The notes beneath the pieces were generated by a model. It saw only the letters and a list, made by a program, of their open reading frames with translations. It had not been told where the DNA came from and did no database searches. A stretch of 64,000 nt of DNA from Rhabdothermincola salaria (GTDB lineage: Bacteria > Actinomycetota > Acidimicrobiia > Acidimicrobiales > Acidimicrobilacustridaceae), in assembly GCF_021246445.1 (NCBI RefSeq), contig NZ_JAJQXW010000003.1:124001-188000 (forward strand), written 5' to 3'. Shown here piece by piece: positions 53,879 to 63,097 of the stretch; the first letter of the stretch is position 1, and each line of letters begins with the position of its first letter. The translations under genes and the position numbers were made by a program.

Positions 53879-54934
53879 GTGCCCGAACCCGAGTCCGTCG
53901 TCGAGGTCCGGGCCTTCGCCCCGGGGCGGGTCAACCTCATCGGTGATCACACCGACCACGCCGGCGGCCTGGCCCTGCCCATGGCCGTCGACCTGGGCAC
54001 GACCGTCACCGGTCGGCGGGGTGGCGCGCAGGTACACCTGGTGTCGACGGCCGAGGACGCCCCGGCGGACGTGCCGCTCACCGTCACCGCGGCCGAGCGG
54101 GTGGAGCCTGCCTGGGCCCGCTACGTCGCCGGGGTGGTGGCCGAGCTGCGGCCCCGCGCCGGGTTCGAGGGCCGGGTCGACAGCACCGTCCCGGTGGGGG
54201 CCGGGTTGTCGTCGAGCGCGGCCCTGGAGTTGGCGGTGGCCCTCGCCCTCGGCTTCGACGGACCCGCGCTGGACCTGGCTCGTCTCGGACGACGGGCCGA
54301 GCGGCGGGCGTCGGGTGTGCCCTGCGGGCTCATGGACCAGCTCACCTCGGCCTGCGGGGTGGCGGGCCACGCCCTGCTGGTGGACTTCACCGCCGAGTCG
54401 TTCACGCTCGTGCCCGTCCCCGTGAGCGCAGACGTGGTGGTCGTCCACTCCGGTGTGTCCCGTGCGCTGGCGGGGTCTCGCTACGCCGAGCGGCAGGCCC
54501 AGTGCCGAGCCGCCGCCGCCGTCATCGGGCCGCTGGCCGAGGCGACGAGCGCCGACGTGGCCACCTTGCGCGACCCGGTGCTGCAGCGTCGAGCGCGCCA
54601 CGTCGTGACCGAGAACGCTCGGGTGCGGGCCATGGCGACCGCGTTGGGGGCGGGCGACCTCGCCGCCGCCGGGGCCGCCATGCTCGAGAGCCACGCCAGC
54701 CTCCGACACGACTTCGAGGTGTCGGTCCCGGCCCTCGACCGCGCCGTGGAGCAGCTGATGGCGCAGCCCGGTGTGGTCGGGGCCCGCCTCACCGGTGCCG
54801 GGTTCGGCGGGTGCGTCGTCGCCCTCACCGAGCGGGGGGCGGTCGCCGACCCTCGCGCGCTCACCGGACGCGGGTGGAGGGTGCAGGCGTCGGGGGGCGC
54901 CCACGTCGAGACATCGGCGCCGCCGGGACGCTGA
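53879..54934 (+). CDS. galK: Galactokinase
   Basis: APGRVNLIGDHTD, VPVGAGLSSSAA, CGLMDQ, GARLTGAGFGGC. Confidence 0.93.
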   Translation: MPEPESVVEVRAFAPGRVNLIGDHTDHAGGLALPMAVDLGTTVTGRRGGAQVHLVSTAEDAPADVPLTVTAAERVEPAWARYVAGVVAELRPRAGFEGRVDSTVPVGAGLSSSAALELAVALALGFDGPALDLARLGRRAERRASGVPCGLMDQLTSACGVAGHALLVDFTAESFTLVPVPVSADVVVVHSGVSRALAGSRYAERQAQCRAAAAVIGPLAEATSADVATLRDPVLQRRARHVVTENARVRAMATALGAGDLAAAGAAMLESHASLRHDFEVSVPALDRAVEQLMAQPGVVGARLTGAGFGGCVVALTERGAVADPRALTGRGWRVQASGGAHVETSAPPGR

Positions 54935-54943
54935 CGCCCCGGA

Positions 54944-55600
54944 TCACATGCGGCCGAGCAGCTCCGCCTTCTTGGCCTGGAACTCCTCGTCGGTGAGCAC
55001 GCCCTGGTCGCGCAGGCGGGCGAGGTGCTCGATCTGCTCGGGCACGGTCTGCTGGGGCGGCGCCGCCGCGGCCGACTGGGCGGCGTGAGCGACGTTGATG
55101 CCACCCGAGATGCGGTCGGCCATCTTGATCTCGTTGGCCTCGATCTGTTGGTAGATCTCGTTCTGCACCTCGTCGGGCTTGCGGATGTCGTCGAAGCGCT
55201 GCGAGCCCTCCTTCGAGGCCGATTCGATCTCGAGGTCGCCGAGGCCCAGCACGCGCTCGAAGATGGTCTGGTTGAAGAAGATCGTGTTGATGCGCTCGAG
55301 CGGGATCTCGATGCCCCGCTTGGCGATGACGCCGGAGCGGTAGATGACGCGGTCGGAGGTGAGCACGAAGTGGGTGGTCACCCACCGGATGTAGCGCTCG
55401 ACGAACCAGATGAGCGTGCCCAGCACGAAGGCGGCCGACAGGTAGAGGAACCAGTCGGGCCAGTCGTTGGCCAGGGCCACGACCGCCACGACGGCCGCCG
55501 CGAGGAGGCCGCCGAACGAGCTGGCCATGTACCACCAGTGCGGGTGCAGGTCGAGGACCAGCGACTCGTTCGTGTGCAGCACGTCCTGGGGATACGGCAT
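54944..55600 (-). CDS. Membrane protein with bacterial PH (bPH_2) domain and C-terminal SHOCT domain
   Basis: Two TM helices, FVLTSDRVIYRSGVIAK..EIPLERI, LARLRDQGVLTDEEFQAKKAELL. Confidence 0.88.
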   Translation of the reverse strand: MPYPQDVLHTNESLVLDLHPHWWYMASSFGGLLAAAVVAVVALANDWPDWFLYLSAAFVLGTLIWFVERYIRWVTTHFVLTSDRVIYRSGVIAKRGIEIPLERINTIFFNQTIFERVLGLGDLEIESASKEGSQRFDDIRKPDEVQNEIYQQIEANEIKMADRISGGINVAHAAQSAAAAPPQQTVPEQIEHLARLRDQGVLTDEEFQAKKAELLGRM

Positions 55601-55652
55601 GGGCGAACGCTACCGGAGCCGATGTCCCACCGGGTGGCTACGGTCGGGACCC

Positions 55653-57725
55653 GTGGATCCCGACGCCCTGCTCGAGGGCCTCAACGACGCCCAGCGTGCC
55701 GCGGTCACCTCCGAGGCGGCTCCGCTGTGCATCCTGGCGGGGGCCGGATCGGGCAAGACGCGGGTGCTCACCCGCCGGGTGGCGTGGCGTGCCGCCACCG
55801 GCGACCTCGACCCTCGTCACGTCCTCACGCTCACGTTCACCCGCAAGGCGGCAGGCGAGCTCACGGCGCGCCTGCGGGCCCTGGGCCTGCGCGACAACGT
55901 GGCCGCCGGCACGTTCCACGGCATCGCCTACGCCCAGCTGCGCAGCCGCTGGGCCGACCGGGGCATCGAGCCCCCCACCCTGCTCGAGCGCAAGGTGGGC
56001 TTCGTCGCCCGGCTCCTGCCTCCCGGTCGCCAGCAGGTCCCCGCCATCGACCTGGTCGCCGAGATCGAGTGGGCCAAGGCCCGCATGGTGGCACCGGACC
56101 GCTATGCCGAAGCGGCCGAGCGGGCCTCACGGCGACCCCCGATCCCGGGCGACGAGGTCGCCCGGATCTTCGCCGCCTACGAGGACGCCCGCCGGCGTCA
56201 GCGCATGGTCGACTTCGACGACCTGCTGCGCCTGTGCGCCCGCGACCTGGACCGCGACCCGGACTTCGCCGCCGCCCAGCGCTGGCGCTTCCAGCACCTG
56301 TTCGTCGACGAGTTCCAGGACGTCAACCCCCTCCAGCAGGCCCTCCTCGACGCCTGGCTGGGCGACCGCCTCGACCTGTGCGTGGTGGGCGACCCCAACC
56401 AGGCCATCTACGCCTGGAACGGCGCCGACGCCCAGCTGCTGCGGCTCTTCCCCAAGCGCTACCCCACCGCCGAGGTGGTCCGGCTCACCACCAACTACCG
56501 CTCCAGCCCCCAGGTCCTCGCCGTGGCCAACGCGGTGCTGGCGGGCGGCGGGCGGGGCGTCGACCGCGACGGCGCCCTCGTGGCCACCCGCCCCGAGGGG
56601 CCGGTCCCCACCGTCACCGCTCACGACGACGACCGTGCCGAGGCCCGTGGCATCGCCCGGGCGGTGCGCGACCAGCACCGACCCGGCAGCCCGTGGTCGG
56701 CCCAGGCCGTGCTGGTGCGCACCAACGCCCAGATCACGCTCCTCGAGGAGGCCCTCCACGAGGTGGGCATCCCCTTCCGGGTCCGGGGCGGCGCCGCCCT
56801 GCTCGACCAGCCCGAGGTCAAGGCCGCCCTGCGCACCGTGCAGCGCGCCACCGGCGGCTTCCCCGAGGCGCTCGCCGACCTCGAGGCGGCCGTGGCCGAC
56901 CCCGACGGCACCGAGGGCGACCGGGCCGAGGAGCGCCGGGCCAACCTCGAGGCCCTGGTACGCCTGGCCCACGACTACACGGCGGTGGAGCCCGTGCCCT
57001 CGGTGCCGGGGTTCCTCACGTGGTTGCGGGCCACCACCCGGGCCGACCAACCCGACCGCCACGGCGACGCCGTCGAGATCGCCACCTTCCACGCCGCCAA
57101 GGGCCTCGAATGGCCGGTGGTGCACCTGGCCGGCCTCGAGCAGGGCCTGGTGCCCATCGGCCATGCCCGCACCGGCGAGGCCCTGGCCGAGGAGCTCCGG
57201 CTGTTCTACGTGGCCCTCACCCGAGCCGAGCGCGAGCTCTGCCTCACGTGGGCCGCCGAGCGGACGTTCGGCACCCGGGCCATGAAGCGTGACCGTTCGC
57301 CCTACCTCGAGACGGTGGTGGCCGCCTGCGCCGCACTGCGCTCGGGTGCCGACCCCGCCCAGGTCGGGCAGGGCGGCGCCCCCCTCGGGGGCGCCGCTCC
57401 CGGGCGGGCTCGAGCGGCGCGCCCGTCGGCCGCCCGCTCACGGTCGCGCCCGAACCTCCCACGCACCCGGGGGGCACCGGCCCCCGACGACCTCGACGAC
57501 GACGCCCGGGCCCTCTTCGAAGCCCTTCGCGACTGGCGCGCCGGCAAGGCCCGCGCCGCGGCGATGCCCCCCTACGTCATCTGCAACGACCGCACCCTGC
57601 TCGAGCTCGCCACCCGCCGGCCCCGCACCACCACGGCGCTGCTGGCCGTGCACGGACTCGGCGAGGTCAAGGTCGGTCGCTTCGGCGACGAGCTGCTCGA
57701 CCTGGTCGCCGACCACGCTCCGTGA
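55653..57725 (+). CDS. uvrD2: UvrD2-like ATP-dependent DNA helicase with C-terminal HRDC domain
   Basis: LAGAGSGKT, VDEFQD, VGDPNQAIY, NYRS, TFHAAKGLEW, YVALTRA; HRDC LRDWR...PPYVICNDRTL. Confidence 0.9.
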   Translation: MDPDALLEGLNDAQRAAVTSEAAPLCILAGAGSGKTRVLTRRVAWRAATGDLDPRHVLTLTFTRKAAGELTARLRALGLRDNVAAGTFHGIAYAQLRSRWADRGIEPPTLLERKVGFVARLLPPGRQQVPAIDLVAEIEWAKARMVAPDRYAEAAERASRRPPIPGDEVARIFAAYEDARRRQRMVDFDDLLRLCARDLDRDPDFAAAQRWRFQHLFVDEFQDVNPLQQALLDAWLGDRLDLCVVGDPNQAIYAWNGADAQLLRLFPKRYPTAEVVRLTTNYRSSPQVLAVANAVLAGGGRGVDRDGALVATRPEGPVPTVTAHDDDRAEARGIARAVRDQHRPGSPWSAQAVLVRTNAQITLLEEALHEVGIPFRVRGGAALLDQPEVKAALRTVQRATGGFPEALADLEAAVADPDGTEGDRAEERRANLEALVRLAHDYTAVEPVPSVPGFLTWLRATTRADQPDRHGDAVEIATFHAAKGLEWPVVHLAGLEQGLVPIGHARTGEALAEELRLFYVALTRAERELCLTWAAERTFGTRAMKRDRSPYLETVVAACAALRSGADPAQVGQGGAPLGGAAPGRARAARPSAARSRSRPNLPRTRGAPAPDDLDDDARALFEALRDWRAGKARAAAMPPYVICNDRTLLELATRRPRTTTALLAVHGLGEVKVGRFGDELLDLVADHAP

Positions 57726-57769
57726 TCCGGTGATGGGCGAGACGGCCCGACCCGCGCCCCCGCGGCATC

Positions 57770-58243
57770 TCAGCTCGTGCGTTGCCTCGTCGTGCGATCG
57801 AGGATGCCGAGCGTGGCCCGCAGGGCCGCCTCGGAGATCACCGGGAAGATCCCGGCCTCACGCCACACCGGATCGATGTCCGACCAGTCGTAGTAGGAGG
57901 TGACGAGCGTGCCCTCGTCCACCGGCTCGAGGCGATAGCCGTAGACGTGGCCCAGCTGCGGCTCGATCTGTCCCACGATCGTCCACGCCAGCTCGCGGTC
58001 CTGCTCGAAGGCGGTGATGCGCACCTCGACGTCGTAGAGGCCGAGGGGGTAGTCGTTGAGCGCTTCGCGGTCCATGTGCACGACGAACGAGTCGCCGACG
58101 GCACCCACGGGCTCGCCGGTCGCGCCCATCAGCATCCCGGAGCTGTCGATGGCCACGTGCCCCTGGGGATCGCGCAGCACGGAGAAGACCGTGGCGGGCG
58201 GAGCGGGGATCGTCCGGCGGACCTCGAGGCGTTCTGTCGTCAT
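57770..58243 (-). CDS. SRPBCC/polyketide cyclase-like protein
   Basis: VRRTIPAPPATVFSVLRDP..H..ID.SG, LAW, YGYRLEP...TLVTSYYDWS. Confidence 0.8.
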   Translation of the reverse strand: MTTERLEVRRTIPAPPATVFSVLRDPQGHVAIDSSGMLMGATGEPVGAVGDSFVVHMDREALNDYPLGLYDVEVRITAFEQDRELAWTIVGQIEPQLGHVYGYRLEPVDEGTLVTSYYDWSDIDPVWREAGIFPVISEAALRATLGILDRTTRQRTS

Positions 58244-58331
58244 GCCGCCATGGTGGCACCGTCGTGCTCGGCGCACACCGGTCGCCGCAGGGTGGCGACG
58301 GGCGGGGCGTCGAGCGGGCACCATGGGCGTC

Positions 58332-58835
58332 GTGCAGTTCTCCTCGCGCCAGTCGTACCGCCACGACGTCGACGACGTGCTCGACGCCTATGCCGACCCC
58401 TCGCTCTACCCCGGCCTGCCCGAGCTCCCCAAGATCGGCCGTCCGGAGGTCCTGGAGCACCGCCGAGCGGGCGATCTGGTGCACCTCGACCTGCGCTACG
58501 CCTACGTCGGGGATCTCCCGGCGGCGGCGACGGCGTTCATCGATCCGGGGCGCCTCACCTGGGTGCAGCGCACCGCCGTCGACCTCGGCCGGCGCACGTC
58601 GACGATCACGCTGCTCCCCGATCACTACCCGGATCGCCTCCAGTGCGCCGGGACCTTCCACTTCGCCGCCGACGACTCCGGCTCGGGCTCGCACCGGCGG
58701 GTCCAGGGCGACCTCGAGGTGCGGGTGATGGTCGTGGGGGGCCAGGTCGAGCGGGCCCTCGTGTCCGGCCTCGAGGAGTTCCTGGACGCCGAGGCCACCG
58801 CCGTCGACCACTGGATCGACGCGCTGTCGGCGTGA
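58332..58835 (+). CDS. DUF2505-like (SRPBCC-fold) protein
   Basis: VDDVLDAYADP.LY, G.LEVRV.VVGGQVERALV; start GTG 58332 or ATG 58323. Confidence 0.65.
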   Translation: MQFSSRQSYRHDVDDVLDAYADPSLYPGLPELPKIGRPEVLEHRRAGDLVHLDLRYAYVGDLPAAATAFIDPGRLTWVQRTAVDLGRRTSTITLLPDHYPDRLQCAGTFHFAADDSGSGSHRRVQGDLEVRVMVVGGQVERALVSGLEEFLDAEATAVDHWIDALSA

Positions 58836-58859
58836 CGGTCGAGTGGTCGGCCCGCGCCG

Positions 58860-59579
58860 TCAGCGGTCGGGCCCAGCGACGCCGAGGGACTGGAGCCGCT
58901 CGAAGTCCACGGCGATGAACAACCCTTCGCCCTCGGCGCAGAGCACGTCGCCGGCGTGCAGGGTGCCCCGCACCACGATCTTGCGTCCCTCGGCCAGCTC
59001 GGGCCGGGCCCGCAACTCCAGCTCGGTGTCGAGGGGGGTCGGACGGCGGTAGTGCACGGTGAGACGACCGGTCATGCCCGCCTTGCCACTGAGGCCCTGG
59101 GCGGCACCGAGGATCTCGTCGAAGAGCCCGGCCACCACGCCGCCGTGGACGTGGCCCGGCGGCCCCTCGTAGGTGCGGCCGCACGTGGCCCGGCCCACCA
59201 CCTCCCCGCCGGCGATCGACATGTCGAGGGGCGGCGCCACCGGGTTGGCCCGCCCGCTGTAGGGGCTGCGCTCGAAGAGGCGGTGCGGTTCGGCCGCAGC
59301 CAGCGCCGCCTCGGCGTAGCCCAGCTCGCCGCCCGGTCCCTCCGGGTCGACGCCCGCCTCGAGGCGGGCCAGCGCCTCCTCGACCGCCACCGCCACTTCC
59401 TCGAGGTCGGCCGCCGAGGCGGTCGTGCCGCTCAGACGCTCGAGGATGCCCCGGGTGGCCTGGGCCAGCCGGCGGGCCGCGACGCGGGATGGGGTCAGCC
59501 GTTCGACGGGGGTGGGCATCCAAGCCGTGAAGGGATCGAACCCCGCGACGGCCTCGAGGCTGTCGTCCCAATCGCTCAT
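58860..59579 (-). CDS. PaaI/hot-dog fold thioesterase
   Basis: SP.SGRANPVAPPL, YEGPPGHVHGGVVAGLFDEILG, TGRLTVHYRRPTPL. Confidence 0.88.
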   Translation of the reverse strand: MSDWDDSLEAVAGFDPFTAWMPTPVERLTPSRVAARRLAQATRGILERLSGTTASAADLEEVAVAVEEALARLEAGVDPEGPGGELGYAEAALAAAEPHRLFERSPYSGRANPVAPPLDMSIAGGEVVGRATCGRTYEGPPGHVHGGVVAGLFDEILGAAQGLSGKAGMTGRLTVHYRRPTPLDTELELRARPELAEGRKIVVRGTLHAGDVLCAEGEGLFIAVDFERLQSLGVAGPDR

Positions 59580-59584
59580 GGTCG

Positions 59585-60364
59585 CTACTCCATCTCGAAG
59601 TCGACGATCACCGGCGCATGGTCGCTCGGCTGCTTGCCCTTGCGCGCGTTGCGGTCGATGAGCACCGAGCGAGCACGTGGCAGGAGCGACGCCGAGGCCA
59701 GGACCAGGTCGATGCGCAGGCCTCGACCCTGGTGGAAGTCGCCCCGGCGGTAGTCCCACCAGGAGTAGAGGCCGCCGGCGTCGTAGTGCTCGCGGAACAC
59801 GTCGGTGAGGCCCCAGTCCTCGAGGCGGGCCAACGCCTCGCGCTCGGGCTCGCTGACGTGGGTCTCGCCGGCGAAGGCCGCAGGGTCGTGGACGTCGCGA
59901 TCGTCGGGGGCGACGTTGAAGTCCCCGCACACCACGACGTGGGTGGAGGGGTCCTCGAGGGTGTCGAGCGTGCGGCGCAGGCGCGCCAGCCAGGTGAGCT
60001 TGTACTGATAGTGGTCGGCGTCGAGCGAGCGACCGTTGGGCACGTACACGCAGGCCACGCGGATCCCGCCGCAGGTGGCCCACAGGATCCGAGCCTCCGG
60101 GTCGGCCTCGCCCTCGTCATCCCACCCGGCGCGGACATCGGCCAGCCCGACCTTGGAGAGGATGGCCACGCCGTTCCACCGGCCCTCGCCGTGGTGGGCG
60201 CACTCGTAGCCGCGCTCCTGGAACGTGAGGTGGGGGAAGGCAGTGTCGGCCAGCTTGGTCTCCTGCAGACAGAGCACGTCCGGCTGGACCTCGTCGAGCC
60301 ACTCCTCGACGCGTGGGAGGCGGGCCTTCAGGGAGTTGACGTTCCACGTGGCGAGACGGAGCAC
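59585..60364 (-). CDS. xth: Exodeoxyribonuclease III
   Basis: LATWNVNSL, LCLQETK, NGVAILS, YVPNG, GDFNVAP, YSWWDYR, LRIDL, SDHAPV. Confidence 0.96.
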   Translation of the reverse strand: MLRLATWNVNSLKARLPRVEEWLDEVQPDVLCLQETKLADTAFPHLTFQERGYECAHHGEGRWNGVAILSKVGLADVRAGWDDEGEADPEARILWATCGGIRVACVYVPNGRSLDADHYQYKLTWLARLRRTLDTLEDPSTHVVVCGDFNVAPDDRDVHDPAAFAGETHVSEPEREALARLEDWGLTDVFREHYDAGGLYSWWDYRRGDFHQGRGLRIDLVLASASLLPRARSVLIDRNARKGKQPSDHAPVIVDFEME

Positions 60365-60499
60365 GGCCCCGAATCTACGTGGCTCGGCCCGGTGTCCGGC
60401 CCGAGGGGCCGAAGTCCGCCCCGGATGGGACTTCGTCCTCCGCGTCGCGGACCCCACCCCGTTGTACCGTCAGCGCACCGACGAGTCTTGGGGGACCTC

Positions 60500-63001
60500 A
60501 TGGACGCCTGGCACGACATGATGCAGCGGCTCTGGGCTCGCATCGGGCGGTTCCTGGTGGCCCACGCCGGCGCGGTGCTGATCGTGACGCTGCTGATCAG
60601 CGTGGTGCTGGCCTTCGGCGCCACCCGGCTCACCTTCGCCACCGGCCAGGACAGCTACCTCAACGCGGACTCCCAGGTCGCCATCGACAACCGGGCCTAC
60701 CAGGACCTCTTCGGCGGCGAGGCCATGATCACCGCCATCGCCATGGAGGACGGGGGTTCGATCGTCGACCTGTTCACCGCGGAGAACAACGCCGAGATGC
60801 GGCGGATCCAAGAAGAGGTCAAGGCCCTCCCCGGGGTCAACGGCGCCGTCACCCCCCTCACCGCGCTCGAGTGGTCCCAGAACCTCGTCGTGGCCCCCGA
60901 GGGCAGCGACGACCCGACGGCGAGCGTGGCGGGGGGCATCCTCCTCGGCGCCACCGGGCGCGAGACCGATCCCGACGCGCAGGCGGCACGCCTCGCCGAT
61001 GCCGCCACCACCGTCGAGCGACTCGAGGCGGCCGGCGAGCAGCGCCTCGACAACCCCGAATGGGTGCGGTTCCTCCTCATCGACAACCAGGGGGACATCA
61101 GGGCCTCGTTGCGCCCGTTCTTCCCGGTGGCTCCCGGCCAGGAACCCACCGAAGCCAACGCCATCCAGGCCCAGATGCTCACCCGGCTCACGGGCAACGC
61201 CTCCATCGAGGAGGAGGGCGAGGCGGCCACCGAGGTGGTCGAGATCGTCGAGACCGCAGAGCTCTCGGGCGCCCGCACCCTCACCACCGGCGGGCCCGTG
61301 CTGTTGAAGGACATCAACGACTACCTGCAGGGCGGCATGCTCGTGCTCGGCGCCATCGCCGTGGTCGTCATGATCGTGGTGCTCTCGCTGGCCTTCCGGG
61401 TGCGGTGGCGCCTGGTGCCCCTCCTGGTGATGGCCATCGGGGTCGTCTGGACCTTCGGGCTGCTCGGCTACACGGGCTTCCAGCTCTCGCTCGTCACCAT
61501 CGCCGGGCTGCCGATCCTCATCGGCCTCGGGGTCGAGTTCGCCATCCAGGTGCACAACCGGGTCGAGGAGGAGTTGCTCCTCGAGCGGGCGTCCACACCC
61601 TTCGTGGAGTCGATCCGCAACATCGGCCCGGCGCTGGCGGTGGCGACCGTGGCCGCGGCGATCGCCTGCCTGGCCCTGCTGGCGTCGAAGGTCCCGATGA
61701 TCCGCGAGTTCGGGATCCTGCTCGCCATCGGCATCGTCTTGGTGTTCGCCGCCGCCATCGTGGTCCCCGTGGCCACGCTGTCGATCCGCGAACGCCGATC
61801 GCCCACCACCGAGCGCCGCCAGCAGCGGGTGGTCGAGCGCTCGATGGTCCAGCTGGCCCGGGCCCCGAAGGTCCTCGTCGGTCCCCTGGTGTTCGCCGCC
61901 GTGGCCCTCTTCGCGGTCGGCATGGTCGTGGAGGAGGACACGCCGATCCAGACCGACCCCGAGAAGTGGGTGGACCAGGACAGCCAGACGATCAAGGACC
62001 TCGACCAGCTGAAGGCCGAGACCGGCTCGTCGAGCGAGCTGGGCGTCTACATCCAGAGCCCCGACGGCGTCCTGACCGACGAGATGAGCGCCTTCGTGAC
62101 CGGCCTGGCGCTCGACACGCTGGAGGGCAACGCCGACACCCTGGTCAACGTGTCGAGCCTGGCCACCACCGTCTTCTACCTGATGGAGGTGCCGGGCGCG
62201 TCTCCGCTCCCCCCCACCGGTGAGGACCTCCAGAACGCCTACGCGGTGGCCCCACCCGACATCCAGCAGTCTCTCGTCGCGGACGACGGCAACGCCACCA
62301 ACATGGTGTTCCTGGTGGGCCAGTCCTCGCTCGAGATCCGCAAGGACCTCGTCGACGAGCTGAGGGCCACCGTCCAGCCTCCGGCCGGCGCCACCGCCAC
62401 CCCCGCCGGGCTGGCGGTGGTCGGGGTCGGCCTGCTCGACAACCTCACCGCCAACCGCCTGCTGCTCACCTGGTTGGCCCTCGGCGGCGTCGCCCTCTGG
62501 CTGGTGATCCGCTTCGCCAGCCTGGTCAAGGCGGCCCTGGTGCTGCTACCCGTGCTGCTGGCCGTGGGCCTGGCCGCCACCGTCGTGTGGGCCGCCGGCA
62601 TCACGGTGAGCCCGCTGACCACGGTGAGCGGCCCGCTGGTCATCGCCATCTGCACGGAGTTCGCCACGCTCATCTTGTTCCGCCACCTCGAGGAGCGGAG
62701 GGCGGGCCACGCCCCCCGAACCGCGGTCGACATCGCCGCGGCCCGCACCGGACGCGCCTTCTTCGCCTCGTCGCTCACCATCGTCGGCGGGTTCGCCGTG
62801 CTCCTCGTCTCGCCGCTGCCGCTGCTGCGCGACTTCGGTGCCATCGTGGCCCTCACCGTGGCCATCGCCTTGCTGTCCGCCGTCACGGTGCTGCCACCGG
62901 TCCTCATCTGGGCCGACGAGCGCGGTTGGGTGAAGGCCGGGCGCTCGACCGCCACCGATCCCACCGGAGCGGACCGGCGCTCGACCGAGGCGCCCGTCTA
63001 G
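60500..63001 (+). CDS. RND-superfamily (HAE3/MMPL-like) transporter
   Basis: Two 1+5 TM repeats with large extracytoplasmic loops; PMIREFG and PLLRDFG motifs. Confidence 0.88.
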   Translation: MDAWHDMMQRLWARIGRFLVAHAGAVLIVTLLISVVLAFGATRLTFATGQDSYLNADSQVAIDNRAYQDLFGGEAMITAIAMEDGGSIVDLFTAENNAEMRRIQEEVKALPGVNGAVTPLTALEWSQNLVVAPEGSDDPTASVAGGILLGATGRETDPDAQAARLADAATTVERLEAAGEQRLDNPEWVRFLLIDNQGDIRASLRPFFPVAPGQEPTEANAIQAQMLTRLTGNASIEEEGEAATEVVEIVETAELSGARTLTTGGPVLLKDINDYLQGGMLVLGAIAVVVMIVVLSLAFRVRWRLVPLLVMAIGVVWTFGLLGYTGFQLSLVTIAGLPILIGLGVEFAIQVHNRVEEELLLERASTPFVESIRNIGPALAVATVAAAIACLALLASKVPMIREFGILLAIGIVLVFAAAIVVPVATLSIRERRSPTTERRQQRVVERSMVQLARAPKVLVGPLVFAAVALFAVGMVVEEDTPIQTDPEKWVDQDSQTIKDLDQLKAETGSSSELGVYIQSPDGVLTDEMSAFVTGLALDTLEGNADTLVNVSSLATTVFYLMEVPGASPLPPTGEDLQNAYAVAPPDIQQSLVADDGNATNMVFLVGQSSLEIRKDLVDELRATVQPPAGATATPAGLAVVGVGLLDNLTANRLLLTWLALGGVALWLVIRFASLVKAALVLLPVLLAVGLAATVVWAAGITVSPLTTVSGPLVIAICTEFATLILFRHLEERRAGHAPRTAVDIAAARTGRAFFASSLTIVGGFAVLLVSPLPLLRDFGAIVALTVAIALLSAVTVLPPVLIWADERGWVKAGRSTATDPTGADRRSTEAPV

Positions 63002-63097
63002 TCCACATCGCCAGTGGTGGCCTGGGTCCTCGCGCCCGGCGCCGACCGGCCTTCGCGGGGCGCTCGGCACCCGTCGGCGCGCCGGTAGCATCCACTC

